In this document: positions 1 to 7,902 of the stretch, piece after piece
Position numbering within the stretch: the stretch's first letter is position 1
Layout of the letters: the number at the start of each line of letters is the position of its first letter
The notes under the pieces: model-generated
What the model was told of the DNA's origin: nothing
Seen by the model: only the letters and a program-made list of their open reading frames with translations
The model's database searches: none
Translations under genes and position numbers: made by a program
Assembly (NCBI GenBank): GCA_964504845.1
Contig: CAZDGR010000001.1
Coordinates: 1 to 47,854, forward strand
Reading direction: 5' to 3'
DNA from: an uncultured Rhizobium sp.
GTDB lineage: Bacteria > Pseudomonadota > Alphaproteobacteria > SHVZ01
DNA: 47,854 nucleotides

Positions 1-52
1 ATAGAAACGACAAGAGATTCCTGAGGAACGCGACTATGCCGGACGCAGTGGG

Positions 53-2206
53 TCATCTCCCGATCGCCCGATAGATCCTTTCCAGATGCCGGCTCAGTCT
101 GCGCGCGTCGCAGATCGCCGATCCGGCGAGCTTCGCGCGCAGCGTCTGCCGGAGAGCGGTCCGCCGCGCGACGTCGCGTGCCAGCGCCGAGGCGATCGAG
201 ACGTAGTCGTCCTCCGTCGCGGCGATCAGGTCGCCGAGGCCGACGGCCTTGAGCTGCGCCGCGGCAAATCTTCCCGCCTGCATCCGGCCCGCAAGGGTCA
301 CCACGGGCACGCCCATCCACAGCGCCTCGAACGTCGACGTATGGCCGTTGAAGGGGAACGTATCCAGCGCGACGTCCATGGCTCTCAGGCTGGTGAAATA
401 ATCGTCCTCGGACGCCGCCGCGCCGTGGAACTCGAGCCTGTCGGCGTCGATCCCTAGCTCGCCCAGGATTCCAGTCACGCGGGACACCGTCGCGGGGTTC
501 CCGAACAGGCCGCGATACCGCAAGGCGAGCGTCGAGCCGGGCACGGCCTCGAGGACCCGAGCCCAGAGCCGGATGACGTCGTCGTTCATCTTCGATGGAA
601 GATTGTAGCTCCCGAACGTGATCCGGCCGCGGCTCAGGCTGGGAAGCGGCCCCTGGTCGATCCCGGTCGACAGCGGAGGGTGGTAGTAGATGCTGGGTAC
701 CGCGACGACGCGTTCGCTGTGGATCTCGCGTCCGTTGCGCGGCGTGACCGTCCGGTCGGAAATGAGATAGTCCATCTCGTCGATGCCCGACGACGTGACG
801 TCGCCCAGGGAGGCCTGGACCGGCGCGCAACGCCACGCGGCAAGCGAAGGACGGTTCGCATCGAAGTGCAGCGCGACGAAGACCGCGATGTCGATGCCGT
901 CCTGTTGCATCATGTCCGCGATCTGGGTGTCTCCCGCGTTGGCCACGGATCGCCACGCGCTCGCATAATCTCGGATCTCCTGCGTGAGCCGATCCTCCTT
1001 GGCCGACAGCGAGTACCCGAACAGCGACACTGCCCTGGCGTCGTGCGTCGAGAAGAGCGAGACGAGCAGGCGTCCTGTCGGGTGGTTCCTGAAGTCGGAC
1101 GAGACGTAGGCGATCCGGAGCGGCCCGCCGTTGCGAGGCGGGACGGAAGAAGCCGGCCTGTGGGCGCGTCTCGGCAACGATGACAGCGCCCGCCGGTGCA
1201 GGGCCCAGCGGGTCTCGTGGCTCATGGTGTTGTCGTAGAGGGTCGTCGCCAGCAGGTTCCGCGCCGTCAGATGATCGGCCGGATCGACGGCGAACGATCG
1301 GGCCGTCGCGACGAACGCCGCCGAGGCTTCTCCCAGGTCCAGCATCGCCGTTCCCAGGTCGCGATGGGCGAGCGGGTTGGCGGGCCTGAGCGCGATGGCC
1401 TGCTTCAGGTGTGTCAGGGAAGCGTCGAGCGCTCCCGTCTGCCGGTAGAGGATGCCGAGGCTTCCATGCGCGTCGGCATTGTCCGGGACCTCCCGCAAGA
1501 TCTGCTTCAGCAGGGCTTCGGCTTCGTCGCGCTCTCCCTGCTCGAGCATCGCCGCGGCAAGGTTGATCGCGTTCATGGGGTTTGCCGGCTCGGCGGCGAC
1601 GGCGCGTCTGAACCAGGCCTTCGAACGTCCGTCCCCCTGCATCCCGCCGAGCCTGCCGGCATAGCCGAGGATCGCGGGGAAGGCCGGGGCGATGGCAAGC
1701 GCGCGGGCGAACGCGACCCATGCGCCGTGCATGTCGTAGGTTCGCGCGAGCGCGGTGCCGAGATTGAACAGGACCTCGAGGCTCGCCGGCGTGATCGCGC
1801 CGGCGCGCCTGAGCCATGCGATCGCCCCGGCGGGATCCTGGTGCAGGGCCAGCGACATGTTCCCGATCGCCTGCACCATCGCCGGGTCGATCGCGACGGC
1901 ACGTCGATAGGCCGCGAGCGCGCCCGGAAGATCGGATTCGGCCAGGGCTCCGCCGAGCGTCGCCCAAGCCTCGGCGAACAGCGGGCGCACGCGCAGCGCG
2001 TTGGCGAGGAGCTTCAGCCCCGCGTCGCGACGGGCGGACGACAGCTCGACCATGCCCAGCAGGTGCAGCGCGTCCGCGTTGCTGCGGTCGCCGTCCACGA
2101 CTCGCCGGTAGATCGATCGGGCCCTATCGAGATCGCCCTGCCGATGGTACGAAAGCGCCTCCTCCAACTGCTTCGCGAGGCGTTCGTTTTTCGGTTTCCT
2201 CGACAT
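53..2206 (-). CDS. TPR-repeat protein fused to SPINDLY/OGT-like (GT41) glycosyltransferase domain
   Basis: 717-aa ORF (ATG 2206). The N-terminal ~330 aa are TPR-like helical repeats. The C-terminal half has motifs I recognise from COG3914/GT41 enzymes: RIAYVSSDFRNHPTG ... LDTFPFNGHTSTFEALWMGVPVVT. Confidence 0.85.
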   Translation of the reverse strand: MSRKPKNERLAKQLEEALSYHRQGDLDRARSIYRRVVDGDRSNADALHLLGMVELSSARRDAGLKLLANALRVRPLFAEAWATLGGALAESDLPGALAAYRRAVAIDPAMVQAIGNMSLALHQDPAGAIAWLRRAGAITPASLEVLFNLGTALARTYDMHGAWVAFARALAIAPAFPAILGYAGRLGGMQGDGRSKAWFRRAVAAEPANPMNAINLAAAMLEQGERDEAEALLKQILREVPDNADAHGSLGILYRQTGALDASLTHLKQAIALRPANPLAHRDLGTAMLDLGEASAAFVATARSFAVDPADHLTARNLLATTLYDNTMSHETRWALHRRALSSLPRRAHRPASSVPPRNGGPLRIAYVSSDFRNHPTGRLLVSLFSTHDARAVSLFGYSLSAKEDRLTQEIRDYASAWRSVANAGDTQIADMMQQDGIDIAVFVALHFDANRPSLAAWRCAPVQASLGDVTSSGIDEMDYLISDRTVTPRNGREIHSERVVAVPSIYYHPPLSTGIDQGPLPSLSRGRITFGSYNLPSKMNDDVIRLWARVLEAVPGSTLALRYRGLFGNPATVSRVTGILGELGIDADRLEFHGAAASEDDYFTSLRAMDVALDTFPFNGHTSTFEALWMGVPVVTLAGRMQAGRFAAAQLKAVGLGDLIAATEDDYVSIASALARDVARRTALRQTLRAKLAGSAICDARRLSRHLERIYRAIGR

Positions 2207-2445
2207 TGTGGATTTCTTTGGCTGAGGCTAGAGAGCGGCCGGGCGATAGATGACTTCCGCATGCGCGGATCCAAGTTCCTCCGGCCGTCGATCGAATCGC
2301 AATGCAAAATGCGTGTTGAGGCCGGATGGGACGCTACTCTATCATCAACCTGTCGATGTACGGGGCTGATCTACGAGCGGGCTCAAGTAACCCTTTCTGA
2401 TTCCATGTGAGATCTTCTTTCCGATCAACGGACGATCAAGAGTCT

Positions 2446-4446
2446 ATGCAAAGAAAGACCAACGTATACTTCAACGAATACAATGTCCGCATGGGCCGGG
2501 CAACGTATTTGCCGCTGGTCTCCGGAATCCTCCAGGCATACGCGGAAACCGATCCACGGATTCGCGAGCACTATTCCTTCATGCCGTTCCTGTTCTCGAT
2601 GGATCGGCCGGACACCATCCTTGCGGCCTACGACGAGCCGCCCGGCGTCGCCGCCTTCTCCGTTGCGATGTGGAACGAGCAGCTGAGCCTGGCGGTGGCG
2701 CGCGAGCTCAAGCGCCGCTGGCCGGAATGCCTGATCGTCTTCGGCGGTGCGCAGGTACCCCACTATCCGCAGGCCTATCTCGAGCAGCACGACTTCATCG
2801 ACGCGGCCGTTCGCGCCGAGGGCGAAGAGGCGTTCATCTCGATCCTGCAGCGCTTCATGACGTCGCGCGATTTCGCCGGCCTGCCGAACGTCTCGTATCG
2901 GCATCCCGACACCGGCGCGTTCACCCATAATCTGGAACATCCGAACTTCGAGCGCAGCCTCGATACCTATCCGTCTCCGTACCTGACGGGCAAGTTCGAC
3001 TATCTGTTCGCCAAGCATCCGGACACGACCTTCCAGGCAATCATCGAGACCAATCGCGGCTGCCCGTTCCTTTGCACCTTCTGCTACTGGGGTCGCGGCG
3101 GCACCACGCGCAAGTACCGCTATCACGATCTCGATCGGGTTCTGTCCGAGATCACCTGGGCGGGCGAAAAGCAGATCCTCTACCTTTTCAACGCCGACTC
3201 CAACTTCGGCATGCACAAGCGCGATCAGGAGATCGCCGAGCACCTCGTCCGAACCAAGAATTCCCTCGGCTATCCCGACAAGTTCCGCACCTGCTGGGGG
3301 AAGAACACCGACGAGTCCATATTCAGCATCGCCAAGCTCCTGCACGACAACAACCTCGACAAGGGGATCACGCTGTCGCGTCAGAGCAATTCGAAGCAGG
3401 TGCTGCTGAACATCAAGCGCGGCAACATCAAGCACGAGACCTATACGAACCTGCAGCGCGCCTTCAACGACCACAGCATCTCTGTCTACACCGAGCTGAT
3501 CCTCGGACTTCCGGGCGAAACCGAGGAGTCGTGGCGCGATGGGATCGAGCAGACGCTGAGGAGCGGTCTCAAGAACCAGCTCATGGTTTATGTCTGCGAG
3601 GTCTATCCCAACACCGACCTCGCCGAGCTGGCCTACATCGAGAAGCACGGCATCAAGACCCGCAAGGGGCTGCTGCGCGAGATCCACGGCTCGCGGCGGG
3701 ACTCCGCCTGGATTCCGGAGTTCCAGGAATTCGTCTTTGAGACCGCGACCATGCCGCATGCCGTCTGGCGGCGGATGTTCAAGTTCTCGATTCTCGTAAT
3801 GCTTCTCCACAGCCTGAAGCTCGGCATGTTCATCCTCTCGTACCTGCGCGAGAAGTACGGCATCGACTACGTCGCCTTCATCGAGTTTCTTCAGGACCGC
3901 CAGGACCGCCTCTCCGGCACCGTCATCGCCGCGGAACTCGCATTCATCGACGACTACATCGAAGGCCTGATGGGCGGCAGTGGCCGTGGCGTCGAGCTTC
4001 CTGCCTATGGCGATATCTATTGGGACGCAGAGGAAGCGTGCTTCCTTCGGATCGTCGAGCAGAAGGCGCGCTTCTACCGGGAGATCGAAACCCTGCTTCG
4101 CCGCTTCCTCGACGAGCGAGGCCTTGTCGTCGACGATCAGGAACTCGACGACGTGCTTCGTTACCAGGAGATGCGGGTGCCGAGCTATTCGGACCCGGAA
4201 AGGACCGAGCGCGTCTTCTCGAGCAACATGCCCGAGTATATGGACCGGCTCTTCGGTAACAGCCCGACCCCGCTCGGCCCCTCTCGGCAGCGCGGCGTCG
4301 TCGAGGCGAAGGCGGCAACGCGCGATCCGGTCGAGTTCGCTCGCCAGGTCCTTCTCTGGGGACGGAAGAGCGGCGCCATCCTCAACGACTGCAAGTGGGT
4401 GGATCTGGAGACCCGCCGGTCGGAGCCTTTGCCGCTGCGCGCCTGA
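2446..4446 (+). CDS. B12-binding-domain (class B type) radical SAM enzyme, subfamily unknown
   Basis: Track ORF 2407-4446; ATG 2446 (MQRKTNVYF...) preferred over GTG 2407. N-terminal B12-binding-like Rossmann module (VAAFSVAMWNEQLSLAVARELKRRWPECLIVFGGAQV). Radical SAM cluster motif CPFLCTFCYWG (CxxxCxxC). About 250-aa C-terminal extension without motifs I recognise. Visibly more A/T-ending codons than neighbouring genes. Confidence 0.85.
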   Translation: MQRKTNVYFNEYNVRMGRATYLPLVSGILQAYAETDPRIREHYSFMPFLFSMDRPDTILAAYDEPPGVAAFSVAMWNEQLSLAVARELKRRWPECLIVFGGAQVPHYPQAYLEQHDFIDAAVRAEGEEAFISILQRFMTSRDFAGLPNVSYRHPDTGAFTHNLEHPNFERSLDTYPSPYLTGKFDYLFAKHPDTTFQAIIETNRGCPFLCTFCYWGRGGTTRKYRYHDLDRVLSEITWAGEKQILYLFNADSNFGMHKRDQEIAEHLVRTKNSLGYPDKFRTCWGKNTDESIFSIAKLLHDNNLDKGITLSRQSNSKQVLLNIKRGNIKHETYTNLQRAFNDHSISVYTELILGLPGETEESWRDGIEQTLRSGLKNQLMVYVCEVYPNTDLAELAYIEKHGIKTRKGLLREIHGSRRDSAWIPEFQEFVFETATMPHAVWRRMFKFSILVMLLHSLKLGMFILSYLREKYGIDYVAFIEFLQDRQDRLSGTVIAAELAFIDDYIEGLMGGSGRGVELPAYGDIYWDAEEACFLRIVEQKARFYREIETLLRRFLDERGLVVDDQELDDVLRYQEMRVPSYSDPERTERVFSSNMPEYMDRLFGNSPTPLGPSRQRGVVEAKAATRDPVEFARQVLLWGRKSGAILNDCKWVDLETRRSEPLPLRA

Positions 4447-4633
4447 CGGCGATCCGGGCCGGGCTCGCCCCGGCGGCCCCCTAAGTTAACGATTAGGCAA
4501 CAATTTCGCCTGTACTCTTGCAGTGGGTCGGCGACGTCGTTCCCGTTGCCTATCAACTGGGCAACATAACCTGTAGAAATCGTTTGAGATTTCTGGCAAA
4601 CACGCCAGCGGTCGATTCGATTGCCGGAGCAAA

Positions 4634-5644
4634 ATGGCGCCGCCTCTTCGTTTCCTTGTCGCCGACCCGAACCCCGACATCCGCCGGCAGGTGAAGGACG
4701 CGCTCACCACCCGCCGGCAGGCCGACGTGGTCGAGCACTGGCTCGCCGCCGACGTCCGCACGTCGATCGCCGACACCGGCCCCTTCGACCTGGTCGTCCT
4801 CGGCCAGGAGCTGCCCGACGAGCCCGGCGACAAGCTGAGCCGCTGGATCCGCCGCGACAACAAGAGCCTCTGGCCGAACGTGCCGGTGGTGCTGATGGCG
4901 GAGAGCACGGCGCCGGAGATGGAGCAGACCGCCGTCATGGCCGGCGCCCGCCTGCTGCCGAAGCCCTTCAACCAGGGCAAGCTCGTGCTTCTCGCCGAGA
5001 AGCTGATGACCGACTACCCGAACTTCATCGTCAGCCCGTCCTATTTCGGTCCCGACCGCCGCTTCGGCAAGCGGCCGCTGGGCGCGGAGCGGCGGATGGC
5101 GCAGTCGGCGACGGTGCAGATCATCGACGATCCGACCGACTACGTCGTCGGCAAGGATTCGATCGTCCTCATCTTCGACTATCTCAAGCTCCGCCTTGCC
5201 AACGCGCCGAGCGCCACGATGCGCGACTTCCTCCTGCGCGAGCATCTGAAGCGCGCCGCCGACAACATCCCGCTGATCCAGGAGCGCCTGCTCGGCAAGG
5301 TCACCGAGCAGCAGGCGATGATGGATGCCGATCTTTCGGCATTGCAGGGCGGCGCCAACGGCAGCACGCTGAAGAAGATGAACCGCTCGGCCAAGACGAT
5401 GATGGTCGACACCACCACCGCCGGGTTCCTGCTGATGGCGTCGATCTCGACGTCGCTGCACCACTACACGTCCGGCACCTACTCGATCAGCGACAAGCTG
5501 CTCAGGTTCCTGACCGCGCATGTGACCGCGATCCGCTCGGCGATCATCTATCGGATCTTCGACGACGGCGGCAGCGTCGGCCAGTCGATCGTCGGCGCGC
5601 TCAAGGTCGCCGAAAGCGTCTTCCGCCGCCCCGCCGAGGCGTGA
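4634..5644 (+). CDS. Pseudo-receiver (CheY-like fold lacking phospho-acceptor Asp) with Arg-rich linker and uncharacterised helical C-terminal domain
   Basis: 336 aa. Residues 1-125 align to a receiver fold (conserved Lys in LPKPF). Gly57 (codon 4802-4804) sits where the phospho-acceptor Asp belongs (FDLVVLGQELPD). The first acidic-pocket Asp and the beta4 Thr/Ser are both Ala. An Arg-rich segment YFGPDRRFGKRPLGAERR (5042-5098) follows, then a ~180-aa domain of unknown family. Confidence 0.7.
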   Translation: MAPPLRFLVADPNPDIRRQVKDALTTRRQADVVEHWLAADVRTSIADTGPFDLVVLGQELPDEPGDKLSRWIRRDNKSLWPNVPVVLMAESTAPEMEQTAVMAGARLLPKPFNQGKLVLLAEKLMTDYPNFIVSPSYFGPDRRFGKRPLGAERRMAQSATVQIIDDPTDYVVGKDSIVLIFDYLKLRLANAPSATMRDFLLREHLKRAADNIPLIQERLLGKVTEQQAMMDADLSALQGGANGSTLKKMNRSAKTMMVDTTTAGFLLMASISTSLHHYTSGTYSISDKLLRFLTAHVTAIRSAIIYRIFDDGGSVGQSIVGALKVAESVFRRPAEA

Positions 5645-5653
5645 ACGCTTCTG

Positions 5654-5835
5654 TCATGTCGAAGGGAGTTGCCACCTCACCCTTCGACAAGCTCAGGATG
5701 AGGTGGACTTGGAAATCGAGCGGGCTGAGAGATCGCGACGAGGCGTGTCAGTAGCCCTCATCCTGAGCAAGGCGTCGTCTTCGTCGCCGGAGTCGAAGGG
5801 TGAGGGCGTCGCCCGGTCCGAGCCCTCACTTGATC
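5654..5835. repeat. REP-like cluster of nested inverted repeats between convergent genes
   Basis: Inverted pairs: TGTCGAAGGG 5657-5666 / CCCTTCGACA 5680-5689; GCTCAGGATGAGG 5691-5703 / CCTCATCCTGAGC 5756-5768; CCTCACCCTTCGAC 5675-5688 / GTCGAAGGGTGAGG 5792-5805; GTGAGGGC 5800-5807 / GCCCTCAC 5822-5829. The TTCGACAAGCTCAGGATGAGG-type sequence is a palindromic intergenic element class I recognise as widespread in Rhizobiales-like genomes. Confidence 0.6.
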
Positions 5836-5841
5836 CGAACA

Positions 5842-7557
5842 TCAAGGCAGCAGCACCGTCGAGCCCGTGGTCTTGCGGCCTTCGAGGTCGCGATGGGCCT
5901 GCACCGCTTCCGACAGCGGATAGGTCTGGTTGATCCGGATCTTCACCTTCCCCGACTTCACCACCGCGAACAGCGCCTTCGCCGACTTGACCAGGTCGTC
6001 GCGTGCCGCCGTGTAGGTCATCAGCGTCGGGCGCGTCATGAACAGCGAGCCCTTGGCCGAGAGGATCGCCGGGCTGAAGGGCGCCACCGGACCCGAGGCA
6101 TTGCCGTAGGAGACGAACATGCCCAAGGGCGCCAGGCTGTCGAGCGATCCGGCGAAGGTGTCCTTGCCGACGCCGTCATAGACCACCGGCACGCCCTTGC
6201 CCTTGGTGATCTCGCGGACCTTCTTGGCGAAGTCGTCGCCGGGCTTGATCACCAGCGGGTAGTGGCAGCCGTGCTTCTTGGCGAGCGCCGCCTTGTCCTG
6301 GGACGAGACGGTGCCGATCACCTTGGCGCCCAGCGCCTTGCCCCACTGGCAGAGGATGAGGCCGACGCCGCCGGCCGCCGCATGCACCAGGATCGTGTCG
6401 CCCTTCTTCACCTTGTAGGTGCGGCGGATCAGGTATTCGGCGGTCATGCCCTTCAGCATCATCGCGGCGGCGACCTTGTCGTCGATGCCGCTCGGGATCT
6501 TGACCATGCGGTCGGCCGGAACGATGCGGCGCTCGGCATAGGAGCCCATCGGCTGCGCATAGGCGACGCGGTCGCCGACCTTGAACTCCTTCACTCTGGG
6601 ACCGACCTTCTCGACCACGCCCGCCCCTTCCATGCCGATCACGGCAGGCAGCGCGATCGGATAGAGGCCGGAGCGGTGATAGGTGTCGATGTAGTTGAGG
6701 CCGACCGCGGTGTTGCGGATCAGGAGCTCGCCCGGGCCGGGCTGGCCCAGCGCGATCTCCTCCCACTTCATCACTTCGGGCCCGCCGGCCGCATGGATGC
6801 GGATCGCCATGGTGCTGGCGCCGGGGGCACCGGCCTTGGCCGGCTTCTTCGCCGGCTGGGCGCCGCCGAGATGCTTCCTGAAGAACTCGGCCGTGCGGTC
6901 GTTGGCGATCTTCGCCGCCGCCGCGTCGTAGTGCTGGCCGCCGGCGCGGGCGAAGGCGTGGTCGCACTCGGCGTAGACATGGACCGTCGCGGTCGGCACG
7001 CGCGAGAGCGCTTCCCGGATCTTCACCTGCGCCTCGCCCGGCACGAACTTGTCCTTGGCGGCGATGTGGCAGAGATAGGGCTTGGTGATCGCGCTCGCCT
7101 CGTTGAGCGCCGCGTCGATCGCCACACCGTAGTAGCTGACGTTGCAGTCGGCATCCGAGCGCGTCGCCATCAGGTAGGCGAGCTTGCCGCCTAGGCAGAA
7201 TCCGACCGAGCCGACGCGGCCGGTGCAGCCCGGCGTCTTCCGAAGCACGTCGAGGCTCGCGATCAGGTCCTCGACGCCCTTGGCCTCGTCGAAGCCCTTG
7301 TAGAGGGAGAACGCCTTTTGCCACTCGGCGTCGGTCCTGTCGGTGATCTGGATGCCGGGCTCCTGGCGCCAGAACAGGTCCGGGCACATCGCGACATAGC
7401 CTTGCGCCGCATAGGCATCGCAGATGTCGCGCATCACCTTGTTGACGCCGAAGATCTCCTGGATGACCAGGATGCCCGGCCCGACGCCGGAGGCGGGCTT
7501 CGAGACATAGGCCGAGAACGAGCCGCCGTCGCGGGCGGCGATCTTCACGTCGGGCAT
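5842..7557 (-). CDS. In-frame fusion: dienelactone hydrolase domain + Qor/zeta-crystallin-type NADPH:quinone oxidoreductase domain
   Basis: 571-aa uninterrupted ORF. Residues 1-230 are a DLH fold (nucleophile elbow GFCLGG, ECDHAF). Residues 250-571 are a medium-chain reductase (MAIRIHAAGGPEV..., nucleotide motif AAGGVG). The linker GGAQPAKKPAKAGAPGAST (6811-6867) contains no stop codon, and there is no clear SD before the internal ATG at 6810. Confidence 0.8.
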   Translation of the reverse strand: MPDVKIAARDGGSFSAYVSKPASGVGPGILVIQEIFGVNKVMRDICDAYAAQGYVAMCPDLFWRQEPGIQITDRTDAEWQKAFSLYKGFDEAKGVEDLIASLDVLRKTPGCTGRVGSVGFCLGGKLAYLMATRSDADCNVSYYGVAIDAALNEASAITKPYLCHIAAKDKFVPGEAQVKIREALSRVPTATVHVYAECDHAFARAGGQHYDAAAAKIANDRTAEFFRKHLGGAQPAKKPAKAGAPGASTMAIRIHAAGGPEVMKWEEIALGQPGPGELLIRNTAVGLNYIDTYHRSGLYPIALPAVIGMEGAGVVEKVGPRVKEFKVGDRVAYAQPMGSYAERRIVPADRMVKIPSGIDDKVAAAMMLKGMTAEYLIRRTYKVKKGDTILVHAAAGGVGLILCQWGKALGAKVIGTVSSQDKAALAKKHGCHYPLVIKPGDDFAKKVREITKGKGVPVVYDGVGKDTFAGSLDSLAPLGMFVSYGNASGPVAPFSPAILSAKGSLFMTRPTLMTYTAARDDLVKSAKALFAVVKSGKVKIRINQTYPLSEAVQAHRDLEGRKTTGSTVLLP

Positions 7558-7902
7558 CTCAGGAACTCCGTCTTCTCCAGGAGGGATGGGGGGAAGCGTA
7601 ACGCGAAGAACGCGGCCGGCGCTAGCCGGCGTTCGGCGGGCTGGACCCTCCGTCCCTCCCCCGCTAAATTCCGGCCGGAAGGTTCACGCCCGGACGCGAG
7701 GGGGGATGCAATGACACGGCACGATCATCATCACACTCGCGGCCCCGTTTCCGCCCCACGATGCAAAGCCGTCGTGGGGCCGACCAGCCGGACCCGAGCT
7801 TCCGCTTAAATTCCGTCCTGATCTGCCCCGAACGACGTCGGGTGCCAGCGGCCCAGCCGCCCGCACCCTCCCGTCCTTCGCCGTCATCCGCATGAGAAGA
7901 CC

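Noticed and set aside
2207-2445. Cobalamin riboswitch upstream of the B12-type radical SAM gene
   Set aside because: I could not find a B12-box-like element or the characteristic paired regions by eye. Only an Rfam scan could settle this. A DnaA-box-like TGTGGATTT at 2207-2215 is a single 7/9 match and is not considered meaningful.
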